Source of the DNA: Veillonella sp.
GTDB lineage: Bacteria > Bacillota > Negativicutes > Veillonellales > Veillonellaceae
Assembly (NCBI GenBank): GCA_019419725.1
Contig: DXZL01000001.1
Coordinates: forward strand, 1 to 45,170
Direction: 5' to 3'
Length of the DNA: 45,170 nt
Shown: in pieces, positions 20,309 through 29,900 of the stretch
How the letters are laid out: each line of letters begins with the position of its first letter
Numbering within the stretch: the first letter of the stretch is position 1
Notes under the pieces: model-generated
Databases searched by the model: none
What the model was told of the DNA's origin: nothing
What the model saw: only the letters and a program-made list of their open reading frames with translations
Made by a program: the position numbers and the translations under genes

Positions 20309-20337
20309 ATTATACCCTATTTGCATAGGTGATACAA
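20309..20337 (-). promoter_or_regulatory. SigA-type promoter of lpxC-fabZ-lpxA
   Basis: Minus strand TTGTAT-17 nt-TATAAT, about 50 nt upstream of the ATG. Confidence 0.72.
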
Positions 20338-20435
20338 GAAATTTACCATATATTCAGTGATTTTGAAAGCATTTTTCACATAATTAAATTTATATAAATT
20401 TAATTATAAATACTGTATTATGCACCATAAAAATA

Positions 20436-20509
20436 AAAGAGACTTTACGATGCTTAATTTATGCGGTATTTAAATCAATACCACATAAGTAGGCATGTAA
20501 AATCTCTTT
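20436..20509 (-). terminator. Long imperfect hairpin, probable terminator of the bamA...acyltransferase transcript
   Basis: AAAGAGA.TTTAC.ATGCTT..TTTATG.GGTATT / AATACC.CATAAG.AGGCAT GTAAA.TCTCTTT arms, followed by a T-rich tail on the minus strand. Confidence 0.6.
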
Positions 20510-20520
20510 ATATTTATTAA

Positions 20521-21423
20521 CTAGTGAAATACATCTGGAGGTGTTTCAATTTGTTCGCCATAGAAACGACGTGTCCACTTCCAACGATTGTGAAGCCAGA
20601 ACCAATCTTCAGGATATCGACGAATATAATCTTCAATAAACTCATTTAAAAGAGTTGTGGTAACCGCTATATCACGCTTTTTATCGTCTGTACGTTCCAC
20701 ATAAATTGGTGGATGTACCTCAATCTCATATTTTTCAGAAAACGGACTATAATGTATAGTCACAAAAATGATTGGTACGTCTTGCATACGAGCCAATACA
20801 GCTGGACCTGCTGCCGTTAAAGTTTCATAACCAAAGAATGGAACAAGTACACCATCATCACCAGGATCCTGATCCATAATAAGGCCTAAAAAAGCACCTT
20901 TTTTAAGTTCATTGATCATTTCTCGTACACCAGTTTTATAGGTTACATGTTGGTGCATGATACGACGATATTCATTGATAAACTTGTCCGCATCACCATT
21001 CTGTTTCATTGCCACAGAAATCAACGGATACCCTTCCGAAGCAAGAACACCGCCAAGGAGTTCCCAGTTACCACTGTGAACAGCGGCTAAGATTGCACCT
21101 CGACCATTTTCCAAGGCATCATCTAAGTACTCTCGATTAATAAACTCCACCATATCTTTGTATGCGCCATCCTTAATCTCTGGATAGCGTAATACATCAA
21201 TAATCATGCGACCAAAGCGTGTAGTACTAGCTTTCGCAATACGTCGAGCTTCTTTTGGATCATCTGTAATATTACAGAATAGAATTTGGCCGATTGCTAG
21301 GCGCTTGCGTTTAGGCGGCACCGCTAGCCACGCAATTTCACCAAGCAATGTACCAATAGCATATTGCAAACCTTTAGGTAATAAGCAAATAAAGGCACTA
21401 AAGATTTTCATAAACCTATACAT
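20521..21423 (-). CDS. Second lipid A late acyltransferase (LpxL/LpxM family)
   Basis: AVHSGNWE (H-x4-E), MDQD, VPFFG, PEDWFWLHNRWK. Confidence 0.92.
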   Translation of the reverse strand: MYRFMKIFSAFICLLPKGLQYAIGTLLGEIAWLAVPPKRKRLAIGQILFCNITDDPKEARRIAKASTTRFGRMIIDVLRYPEIKDGAYKDMVEFINREYLDDALENGRGAILAAVHSGNWELLGGVLASEGYPLISVAMKQNGDADKFINEYRRIMHQHVTYKTGVREMINELKKGAFLGLIMDQDPGDDGVLVPFFGYETLTAAGPAVLARMQDVPIIFVTIHYSPFSEKYEIEVHPPIYVERTDDKKRDIAVTTTLLNEFIEDYIRRYPEDWFWLHNRWKWTRRFYGEQIETPPDVFH

Positions 21424-21429
21424 GGATTA

Positions 21430-22461
21430 TTAGCTCTCCTTAAGCTGTGCTTTCAAAGCGTCAATTTCTTTTTGTAATTGTTTTACAGTTTTCACCATAT
21501 CTGGCAAACGATTTTCATAAGCAGCCAATTTTAACCATTCTTTATGAGGTCTCATTGGATAGCCTGCCATAATAGAGTTGGATGGTACATTACCTGTAAT
21601 ACCAGTTTTACCAGCAAATTGTACATTATCACCAATCGTAATATGACCAGTACAACCAGTTTGTCCAGCAAAGATAACATGATTACCACATTTAGTACTT
21701 CCGGCAATACCAACCTGAGCGATTAGGAAGCAATCTTCACCAATCTCAACATTGTGACCAAGATGAACAAGATTGTCAATCTTCGTACCACGACGTACTA
21801 AAGTAGAGCCCATTGTAGCATTGTCGATAGTTGTACAAGAACCAACTTCAACATCATCTTCAAGAATAACATTACCAACTTGTGGTATATGTGTATGTAC
21901 ACCATTTTCTGTAGCAAAACCGAAGCCTTCGCCACCAATTACTGCTTTAGCACGTAATACAACGCGTTTGCCTAAAATACAATTTTCATGAACAATAGCG
22001 CCAGCGTAAATATCAGAACCTTCACCAATACGCACATTGTGCCCAATATAAACATATGGACGAATTGTTACATCATCACCAATGACTGCATTATCATTAA
22101 TAACACAATAGGCACCAATAGCAACATTTTTGCCAATTGTTACATTGTTACCAATAATAGCTGTGCTATGCACTTCTCTAGGAACAACAACAGGTGGATG
22201 GAAGAGTTCTAATACTTGTGCAAATGCTGCTTTTGCATTATCGACTACGATTTGTGCCATCGGTGCATCTTTCACTTCAGATTCAACGATCACAGCACCC
22301 GCTTGGCATAACGCAATATGTTCAACATATTCACCTACTGCAAAAGTTATGGATTGTTTTACTGCTTGTTCAAAGCTACGTGTTTCAGTAATAACAATAG
22401 AGCCATCACCTACAACACGACCGCCTACTAATGTTGCGAGTTCCTGTAAAGTTTTTTCCAA
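21430..22461 (-). CDS. lpxD: UDP-3-O-(3-hydroxyacyl)glucosamine N-acyltransferase
   Basis: Hexapeptide repeats, IGGEGFGF, IPQVGNV, TKIDNLVHLGHN, IAQVGIAGS; TTG start with GGAGGAG RBS. Confidence 0.97.
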   Translation of the reverse strand: MEKTLQELATLVGGRVVGDGSIVITETRSFEQAVKQSITFAVGEYVEHIALCQAGAVIVESEVKDAPMAQIVVDNAKAAFAQVLELFHPPVVVPREVHSTAIIGNNVTIGKNVAIGAYCVINDNAVIGDDVTIRPYVYIGHNVRIGEGSDIYAGAIVHENCILGKRVVLRAKAVIGGEGFGFATENGVHTHIPQVGNVILEDDVEVGSCTTIDNATMGSTLVRRGTKIDNLVHLGHNVEIGEDCFLIAQVGIAGSTKCGNHVIFAGQTGCTGHITIGDNVQFAGKTGITGNVPSNSIMAGYPMRPHKEWLKLAAYENRLPDMVKTVKQLQKEIDALKAQLKES

Positions 22462-22492
22462 GGTAAACTCCTCCCCCTGTGATAATTCTTAA

Positions 22493-23023
22493 TTATTGTG
22501 CACTTTCTTCAGTATTAACTGCTGTAGCTTGACCAGATTGTTGAGCATTTTGTTGCGCATCTTGTTGTTCTTGCGCTTTAGCTGCATTTTCAGCTTCCTT
22601 AATTTGGTCATCAGAAGCTTTACCCATTTTAGCGATCAAGTCGTCAGTTACATCAGAACCGCCACCTACAACAGCACCTTTTTCAATAACTACATCAAGT
22701 TTTTTCTCTTTTACAAGTTCACCAACTTTTTGTTCTTGATATTGACGATATTCTTGAGCTTTTGCATTTGCAAAGGCATTTAATTCTTGATTAGCTTGGT
22801 TAAATACATTTTGTTTAGATGCTTCATCAGCAGCGGCGATTTTAGCATCTAGCTCAGCTTTTTTAGCGTTAATTTCTTTAGTAATTTCAATACCTTTTTC
22901 AGTACTATTTGCTACTTTCACGCTATCAACGTAACCAACATTATTAGAACCACAACCACCTAAAATAGCCATGGAAGCTACTAAAGATGCACCTAATACT
23001 AAAGATTTAATACGTTTATTCAT
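22493..23023 (-). CDS. OmpH/Skp family chaperone, predicted lipoprotein
   Basis: Lipobox LGGC, VGYVD N-terminal strand, LDVVIEKGAVVGGGSDVTDDLI C-terminal OmpH motif, Q/A-rich tail. Confidence 0.82.
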   Translation of the reverse strand: MNKRIKSLVLGASLVASMAILGGCGSNNVGYVDSVKVANSTEKGIEITKEINAKKAELDAKIAAADEASKQNVFNQANQELNAFANAKAQEYRQYQEQKVGELVKEKKLDVVIEKGAVVGGGSDVTDDLIAKMGKASDDQIKEAENAAKAQEQQDAQQNAQQSGQATAVNTEESAQ

Positions 23024-23034
23024 AATATAACTCC

Positions 23035-24006
23035 TTATTGAACTCGATAGGACGCCTTCACTGCATCAGTAATATCAAGCCCCTTAATATTACCACCATC
23101 ATCGATGATGACTAAATCCAAATGTTGTTCCTCTGCAATAATTGCTACGCGCATACGAACATCTTCTAAAATGGCTTCATGAAGTGCACTCACTTCAGCT
23201 TCTTTATCTGAAAGCTTTTTAGCCCAAGAATCATTCCAATCCTGTGCTACAGGTAAGTTATTATTAGCAATGATCGATTGTGCTTGTTGTTGAACCATAG
23301 TATCTCGTTTAGCCGCCAATTCCTTTTGTAAGGATGCAGCATATTGGTTAAGTTCTTCTTGACCTTTTTGTTGCATAGGCGCAAGTTCTGCCTGTACTTT
23401 AGCCTTAATAGAGTCTACATCAAGATTCGATGGTTTTCTCTTAGCTAATAATTCCTTTAATCGCTCCTCTTTCTTAGCCTTCTCTGCCATAGCTGCTTGC
23501 TTTTGTGCATCATCAATATACACACGAGCATCATAAGCATATAAATCTAATTGGAGATTAACGATTTCAAGATCATATTCATTGGAACTAACCTTTAATT
23601 CCGCCAAATATTTTTGAGTAAGTTCGTTTCGTTTTGCATTCAATTGCTGATTCAATTCATTTTCTTTTGTTGCAATACGAGTTTGCAATTCCACCGTAAG
23701 AGCATCTGACAAGGTTGAATCTAATGCAAGAGATTTCAACTGTTCCTCTTGTGTCTCTGACTTGGCATTTAAAGCTTGTTGTTCTAGTTCATATTGACGT
23801 TGCAAAAGATCCAATTCATTTTTAGCTTGTTTATAATCCTCATAAGAAGGATTAAATTCTAATACATCATCAATACGTACAACACCTATTGATACCCCAT
23901 CAGGACTCTGCTGACGATTTGTCACAAATCCATAGGCCCAAACCATAGCACATAATGCAACAACGAGAAATATAGCAAATCCGATATATCGTTTTTTCCC
24001 GTTCAT
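23035..24006 (-). CDS. Elongated OmpH/Skp-like protein with N-terminal TM segment
   Basis: IGVVRID N-terminal strand and LDLVI...GLDITDAV C-terminal motif flanking about 240 helical residues. Confidence 0.75.
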   Translation of the reverse strand: MNGKKRYIGFAIFLVVALCAMVWAYGFVTNRQQSPDGVSIGVVRIDDVLEFNPSYEDYKQAKNELDLLQRQYELEQQALNAKSETQEEQLKSLALDSTLSDALTVELQTRIATKENELNQQLNAKRNELTQKYLAELKVSSNEYDLEIVNLQLDLYAYDARVYIDDAQKQAAMAEKAKKEERLKELLAKRKPSNLDVDSIKAKVQAELAPMQQKGQEELNQYAASLQKELAAKRDTMVQQQAQSIIANNNLPVAQDWNDSWAKKLSDKEAEVSALHEAILEDVRMRVAIIAEEQHLDLVIIDDGGNIKGLDITDAVKASYRVQ

Positions 24007-24035
24007 TGTCGTTCTCCCTTACATAGAACTACAGT

Positions 24036-24524
24036 TTATTTTTTTGCATCAGTAGCTAGTTTTTTTAATACTTGATCTGTAATATCAACGCCACCGTATA
24101 GTACTGTGTCTTTAGTCATAACAACGCTAAGACCTTTAGCGTCGCCCACTGCTTTAGCAGCTTCCATAGCTTTATCTTGAACAGATTTAGCAATTTCTTG
24201 ATCTTTTTTTGCTAAGTTTTGACGTGCTTCTTCAGCGAGCTTTTGTTTAGTCGCATCATCTTGTGCTGCATCAATTTTAGCTTGTGTTTCTTGTTGTAAT
24301 TGGCTTTGATAGCTCATGTATTCTTGAGCTGCAGAAATATAAATTGGATTATCTTGAGACATCATACGAGATGTATCGATAACACCAATTGTACTATTAC
24401 CACTATTACCGCTTGGTGTAGCCATTTGTGTATACGCTAATGCGCCAATACCAATAATAAAAATAGCAGCAATGACGATGGAAAAGATTTTCACATTCGC
24501 CTTGTTGTTCATCATTCGCATCAT
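24036..24524 (-). CDS. OmpH/Skp family chaperone with N-terminal hydrophobic segment
   Basis: IGVID, helical middle, GLSVVMTKDTVLYGGVDITDQVLK; directly after bamA. Confidence 0.85.
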   Translation of the reverse strand: MMRMMNNKANVKIFSIVIAAIFIIGIGALAYTQMATPSGNSGNSTIGVIDTSRMMSQDNPIYISAAQEYMSYQSQLQQETQAKIDAAQDDATKQKLAEEARQNLAKKDQEIAKSVQDKAMEAAKAVGDAKGLSVVMTKDTVLYGGVDITDQVLKKLATDAKK

Positions 24525-24631
24525 AATAGAGTGCCCTCATTTCTTTAAATTACTGCATCAAAGGATGCCATATAGAGATATTGGTGAAAGCCTCTTTAGA
24601 AAAGAGGCCTCCACCATATACATTTACTATA

Positions 24632-26803
24632 TTAGAATTGTGTGCCGAAGCTGAAGTGGAATTTATTTTTATGTTTACCCACGCCATAATCAAGTTTAAC
24701 TGGGCCAATTGGTGTAGTAATACGAACACCAGCACCAACGCCATAGTTAAATGTTTTCTTGCTGTTGTACCAAGATACATTTGGTGCATCCCATGCATCA
24801 CCGATATCAGTGAACAATACACCACTAACCTTTTTAACGATTGGGAAGCGGAATTCCAATGTAGCATTGTACATATACTTGCCACGGAATTGATCATCTT
24901 CGTAACCACGTAAGGAGTCTGCACCACCCAATGTGAACAATTGGCTATAAGGAGCATCACCTTGGATAAAACCACCACGCGCGCGGAATGCCAATACATT
25001 CTTAGCACCTAGTTTTTTATACATACGTGCTTCAGCTGTGAATTTGTAGAAGTCGAAGTCACCGCCTAAGCCATGACCAGCCCATTGTGCTGTATAAGAA
25101 ATACGACGACCACGTGTAGGTTCATAAATATTATCACGGGAATCGTATACCTTTTGCCATGTAATGGAATTGATACGGCCAAAGTTTTTATCTACATATT
25201 TATCATTTGCAAAGTTGTAGGAACCATTATTCCAATTTTTACCTTTGCCCGCATTTTTATCATAACGGAAGCCGGAGCTGTCATCATCATCCCATTTATA
25301 AGAATCTTTACGGGATTCAAGAGTTAAGTAATCACGAGTATATTCCCCTGTTTGACGACCGAAGGAAATATTGAAACCACGAGATTTCTTGTTATATTCA
25401 GCTACTTCATTACCATCTTCGTTGTAATCAGTGTATTCATCTTCACGGTTGAAGAAGGAGAAGCCCAAGGATGTACCTTTGCTATCAATCCAAGGTTTCA
25501 AGTAAGAGATTTGGTAGTTTTTGTATTTTTTCTTACCACCGATTTCCCAGTGAACTTTGAATTTATCACCAGTACCGCGGAAGTTATCTTCACCAAATTC
25601 AATGATACCCATCAAACCATCAGATTTAGAGTAACCAGCACCTAATGTAATAGTACCTGTTTTATGTTCCAAAACATCGATTTCAATGATTACATTGTTA
25701 GGGTCTTGATCACCTGGCAACATGCGAACATTTACATCATCAAAGAAGCCTAGGTTGTATACGCGTTCTACAGAACGGCGTACCAAGAATTTATTGAAAG
25801 GTTTACCTTTCTTTTGAACGAATTCGCGAGTAATAACTTTATCGCGAGTTTTCTTGTTACCAGCAGGAACGATATCTTCAACAATACCTTCTACGATATG
25901 AACATGAAGCACGCCTTGGTCATCTACGCGAATACCATCAACGTGTGCCAACATGTAGCCATCACGAGCGTATGCTGCGTTGATACCTTGAACCTTTTGG
26001 CCTACGTATACAGAGTTAAGAACTTGACCTGGTTGAAGATCCATGAATTTAGTCAATACTTCAGAAGTATAAACTGTATTACCTTCGAATGCCACGCCAG
26101 TAGTAATCGGATTTACTGTAACAGCAAAGTCCAATTTAACGCCTTCAGGTACTGTTGTAAATACAGGGTTTACTTCAGAGAAGTAACCAGTATTACCAAG
26201 GTTAGTTACGTCTTTAAATACGCCATCAACAGATACAGCATCGCCGATTTTTTCTGTCAAGATAGGCAATAATTGTGCTTGTTGTTCAGCTGTTACACCA
26301 GAGATAGATAAACCAGTAATCAATTTACCTACATATGGATTAATAGACTCAGCATTAGCAGATGTAACATATTGAGCTTCTACAGTTGTAACAGCTTGAG
26401 TTTGGCCATTTTCAGCAGCCTTATCAAGGTCAGTACCACCAGTAGTTTTAGACACCATTTTTACTTGTTTGTCATCTGTTTTCAAAGCAGCATTATTGAC
26501 TGTAACAGTTCCGTCAGAACCTCTAACTACAGTACCATCGCTAGATACAGTTGTATCACCACGAGCTGCTAAGATAGCTGCATCAGTTTCATCTTGTGTT
26601 GTTGCAGGTGTAGCTGCATCAGCATTGTAAACAGCTTGTGTAGTAGTAGCATCATTAGTAGTTGCTGCACTAGTTGTTGTTGTGTTATTTAAATCTGGAG
26701 TATAGCCAGCTTGTACCTCTGCAGCAAATACACTGCCTGTCCCCATGACAGCAGTCAACACAGATGCTGCAAGCATACTTTTATAGGCTTTTGGTTTAAA
26801 CAT
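24632..26803 (-). CDS. bamA: Omp85/BamA outer membrane protein assembly factor
   Basis: Signal peptide, about three POTRA domains (GNTGYFS, FEGNT...GY, GNKKTRD...LGFFDDV), barrel from KTGTITLGAGYS, LGGADSLRGY, TPIGPVKLDYG, terminal FGTQF. Confidence 0.95.
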   Translation of the reverse strand: MFKPKAYKSMLAASVLTAVMGTGSVFAAEVQAGYTPDLNNTTTTSAATTNDATTTQAVYNADAATPATTQDETDAAILAARGDTTVSSDGTVVRGSDGTVTVNNAALKTDDKQVKMVSKTTGGTDLDKAAENGQTQAVTTVEAQYVTSANAESINPYVGKLITGLSISGVTAEQQAQLLPILTEKIGDAVSVDGVFKDVTNLGNTGYFSEVNPVFTTVPEGVKLDFAVTVNPITTGVAFEGNTVYTSEVLTKFMDLQPGQVLNSVYVGQKVQGINAAYARDGYMLAHVDGIRVDDQGVLHVHIVEGIVEDIVPAGNKKTRDKVITREFVQKKGKPFNKFLVRRSVERVYNLGFFDDVNVRMLPGDQDPNNVIIEIDVLEHKTGTITLGAGYSKSDGLMGIIEFGEDNFRGTGDKFKVHWEIGGKKKYKNYQISYLKPWIDSKGTSLGFSFFNREDEYTDYNEDGNEVAEYNKKSRGFNISFGRQTGEYTRDYLTLESRKDSYKWDDDDSSGFRYDKNAGKGKNWNNGSYNFANDKYVDKNFGRINSITWQKVYDSRDNIYEPTRGRRISYTAQWAGHGLGGDFDFYKFTAEARMYKKLGAKNVLAFRARGGFIQGDAPYSQLFTLGGADSLRGYEDDQFRGKYMYNATLEFRFPIVKKVSGVLFTDIGDAWDAPNVSWYNSKKTFNYGVGAGVRITTPIGPVKLDYGVGKHKNKFHFSFGTQF

Positions 26804-26873
26804 AAATTCCTCCTAGAACTCATCCCCATAAAAAGTTTACATCTTGTTTTATAAAGACTAATAAATCTTTATT

Positions 26874-26884
26874 ATTATAGCATA
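26874..26884 (-). promoter_or_regulatory. Extended -10 promoter of bamA
   Basis: Minus strand TATG-c-TATAAT (perfect TRTG + -10), about 70 nt upstream of the ATG; no clear -35. Confidence 0.65.
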
Positions 26885-26980
26885 AAATACTGGGAATGAG
26901 TACTATATTAAACAAATTTTATGAAATTAATATGACTAGAATGTGCATACCCATGGGATTTGCACACTCTAGCCATAAAC

Positions 26981-29900
26981 TTAGAAGCTTCTTGTCCAAC
27001 GACCACCTAAATAATTGTTTCCTTGCGATGTACGCCATGCAGTAAACTTGAGGTTTCGTTTTACAGAATACTCAACACCATATTTATTTTGTTTATTATT
27101 GATACCTTGAGAATAAGTAAGCATTACCTTTGGCACAATATACTTGCCAATTTCAATATTATAATTACCTGCCGTTTCCCTATTAGTTGGTTCATCAGGG
27201 TCAATGGAACCTGTCGTAATATTAATCCGATCTAAACCTAATGTATTTTGTAATGCATCTTGCACATAGCCAAAGGCAAACATTTGTAAGCCTGCTGTAG
27301 CAACAGCATTCACATCATCATTTGTCAATGTACTGCTATTTGAATCTGCCCCACGGCCAAAGGTCAACATAGAAATAATTTGTTTTCTAGACAAACTAGG
27401 ATTAGACGATAAAGTCAAATCCATGTGATCTACCGTGCCTTTTACGCCGAGCAGAATATTATAATTACTTACATTTGTTTCAGCCTCTAATTGTAAGTTT
27501 GGCAAATAGGAGCCACCCACGAAGTGTGCATTCCCCTTCGTAATATTAAATACATGACTTAAGTATTTGAACGTACCAGATTTAACATCGAACTGGCCAC
27601 TAGCAGTTGGGTTTTGTAATGTGCCACCGAAATGAACATCACCACCGATAAACATGTTATATAGAGTTCGATCATATAAGCGTACGCCCTTGCCAGCATG
27701 AATATTAACATCTACGCCCATGTTGGTGCTACTTTCACTAGACTGCAAGGAAAGAGGAATCTTAAATTGGATGTTTTCTAGGTCCAAATTCCCTATCAAG
27801 GTAGGTAATCCATCACGTTCCGCAATGTAAAGTTCACCATTTAATGGACCTCTCACATATTCACTACGAACATCGAGTCCATCAAGTTGAACGGCAGCCT
27901 TATAGTTGGTAAGCTCATGACCAGACCAATTTACCTTAGCAGCTAAACCAGCACTACCTTTCCCCATATTGATACGAGATTGGAAATCCCCTTGTTGTCC
28001 AGAGAAGATTAAGTCTCCGTCAATGCCTGTAATTTCATTATCTACATTGGCCAATTTCATAGTACCATTACGTACAGATACTGTGCCGTATGCCTCAGGT
28101 TGGTCTATAGTCCCCGTAAGCCTAATTGCACCCTTTAACGGCCCCGTTGCATCTTTAACCCTAGTAGTAACAAGAGGAATAACAGCCATATCAGCTTCGT
28201 TAAAGTCAATTGTTACATCCATAGATTTAGCATCACTAGCTTCTAAATAACCAGATGTATAAAGAGCCGCCAATGGAATTTTGCCATAAATACTAAGTTT
28301 ATAGCCACCCTTAGCACCTTGAATACGCTGAATTTGAATGACATGATCTTGCATTGTAGCTAACGCAAAGCCTTCATCAATGCCAATTCCATTGAACGAA
28401 CCGGACTCTACTGCTCCGGACAATTCAACCTTAGGATTTTTCGTTTCGCCAGTAACATTCACAACACCAGTTACCCAGCCTGTTGCCTGAATATCCTTAC
28501 CTATGAGTGGCAAGAACGGCACTATATCGACATCCTTCAAGGCTACTTGTAAATCAGTTTGCCCATCCAGATCCAAAGTACCACCCATTGCAATAAGTCC
28601 TTCATCAACAGGTAGTTTTAAAGTGGTAATTTTAAACTTTCGATTAGCTAGACTAGCATCAATCGTTGCATCACCAACAACCTTATCATCAATAGTAACG
28701 TCGCTAATTTTACCATTCACAGTAACACTTGGATTATCCTTTGATCCTCCAAGCTCAACAGAGCCATTTAACTGTCCATCAAGATGTTCATTAGCTCGAT
28801 CTAGTAATGCCAATAAATTCTTTACACTACCATTGGTAACATCTAAAACACCAAATAATTGTTTGCTATCGTCAAGCTTCATGCCACCTTTAGCAACATA
28901 ACGCCCACCATTTGATTCAGCAAAAGAGAAATCTTGTACATTTACAACGGATTTATCTGCATAAACATGACCATGAATATCCGTCAATAACTGTCCATTA
29001 ATGGATAAAGCATCAGATAAAATATAGCCATTGAACTGAGGGTTATCCATAGAGCCTGTTATAGTACCGCGGCCTGCTAATAAACCATCTACCTTATAAT
29101 CGGTATTGATGAGCAATCTACCCATATCGATTTTCTTACCTTCAAAATCAATATTAATAGCTTCTTTCGACACAGTGCCGCCACCAGTAATAGTCGCACC
29201 ATAACCTTCGATATCAAAACGATATAATTCTAATCTTTCATTTTTATAGTTATACTTTGCAAAAGCATTAGTTATAAGCTTTCCATATGCAGACCCATCC
29301 CATAAATGAGCTCGGCCTTCTACAATAGGATTGGCTACAGTCCCAGTTATATGGTTATCAGTTTCAAACCATCCTGTAATAGGAATATCGGTTACAGGAC
29401 GAATTAGATTTTCAATACGTACAGCACGAGCTTTAGCATTTAAATCTAGGGCGTCAGTATTGATATTATACCAACCGGTAATATCATAGCCACCACTACC
29501 GTCACCAATATGACCATTGGTAATTGTTAGAACATGATTGTCTAAAGTAATATCACTATGAATATCATTAAAATGAGCACCCTTATAGAGAACCTCTTGT
29601 CCCCATACAGTACCAGTCACATTAGGATTATCTAAGGCGCCTTTTACATTAATAGATGTGCTAACAGTACCAGCAACATCTTCACCTATGATTGAACTAA
29701 GTGATGTTAACGGTAACGCATTACCAGAAATTGTGGCATCCACTTGACCATTTTGAATAGAACCATATCCACTAAAGGATCCAGTTCCCATATTTCCAAC
29801 CATAGTTATATTGGTAAGATTGTCACTATGGGTTAGATCCGCTTTTACAGAATCCAACACTACACCACGGACCCCAATCTGATGGCCTTGAATAGCACCA

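Noticed and set aside
18165..22461. Repetitive sequence in lpxA and lpxD
   Set aside because: Explained by the normal hexapeptide left-handed beta-helix repeats.
24550..25008. 152-aa minus-strand ORF overlapping the 3' end of bamA (similar cases at 18320-18553 and 32448-32663)
   Set aside because: Alternative frame inside a conserved gene, with no homology cues and no RBS.
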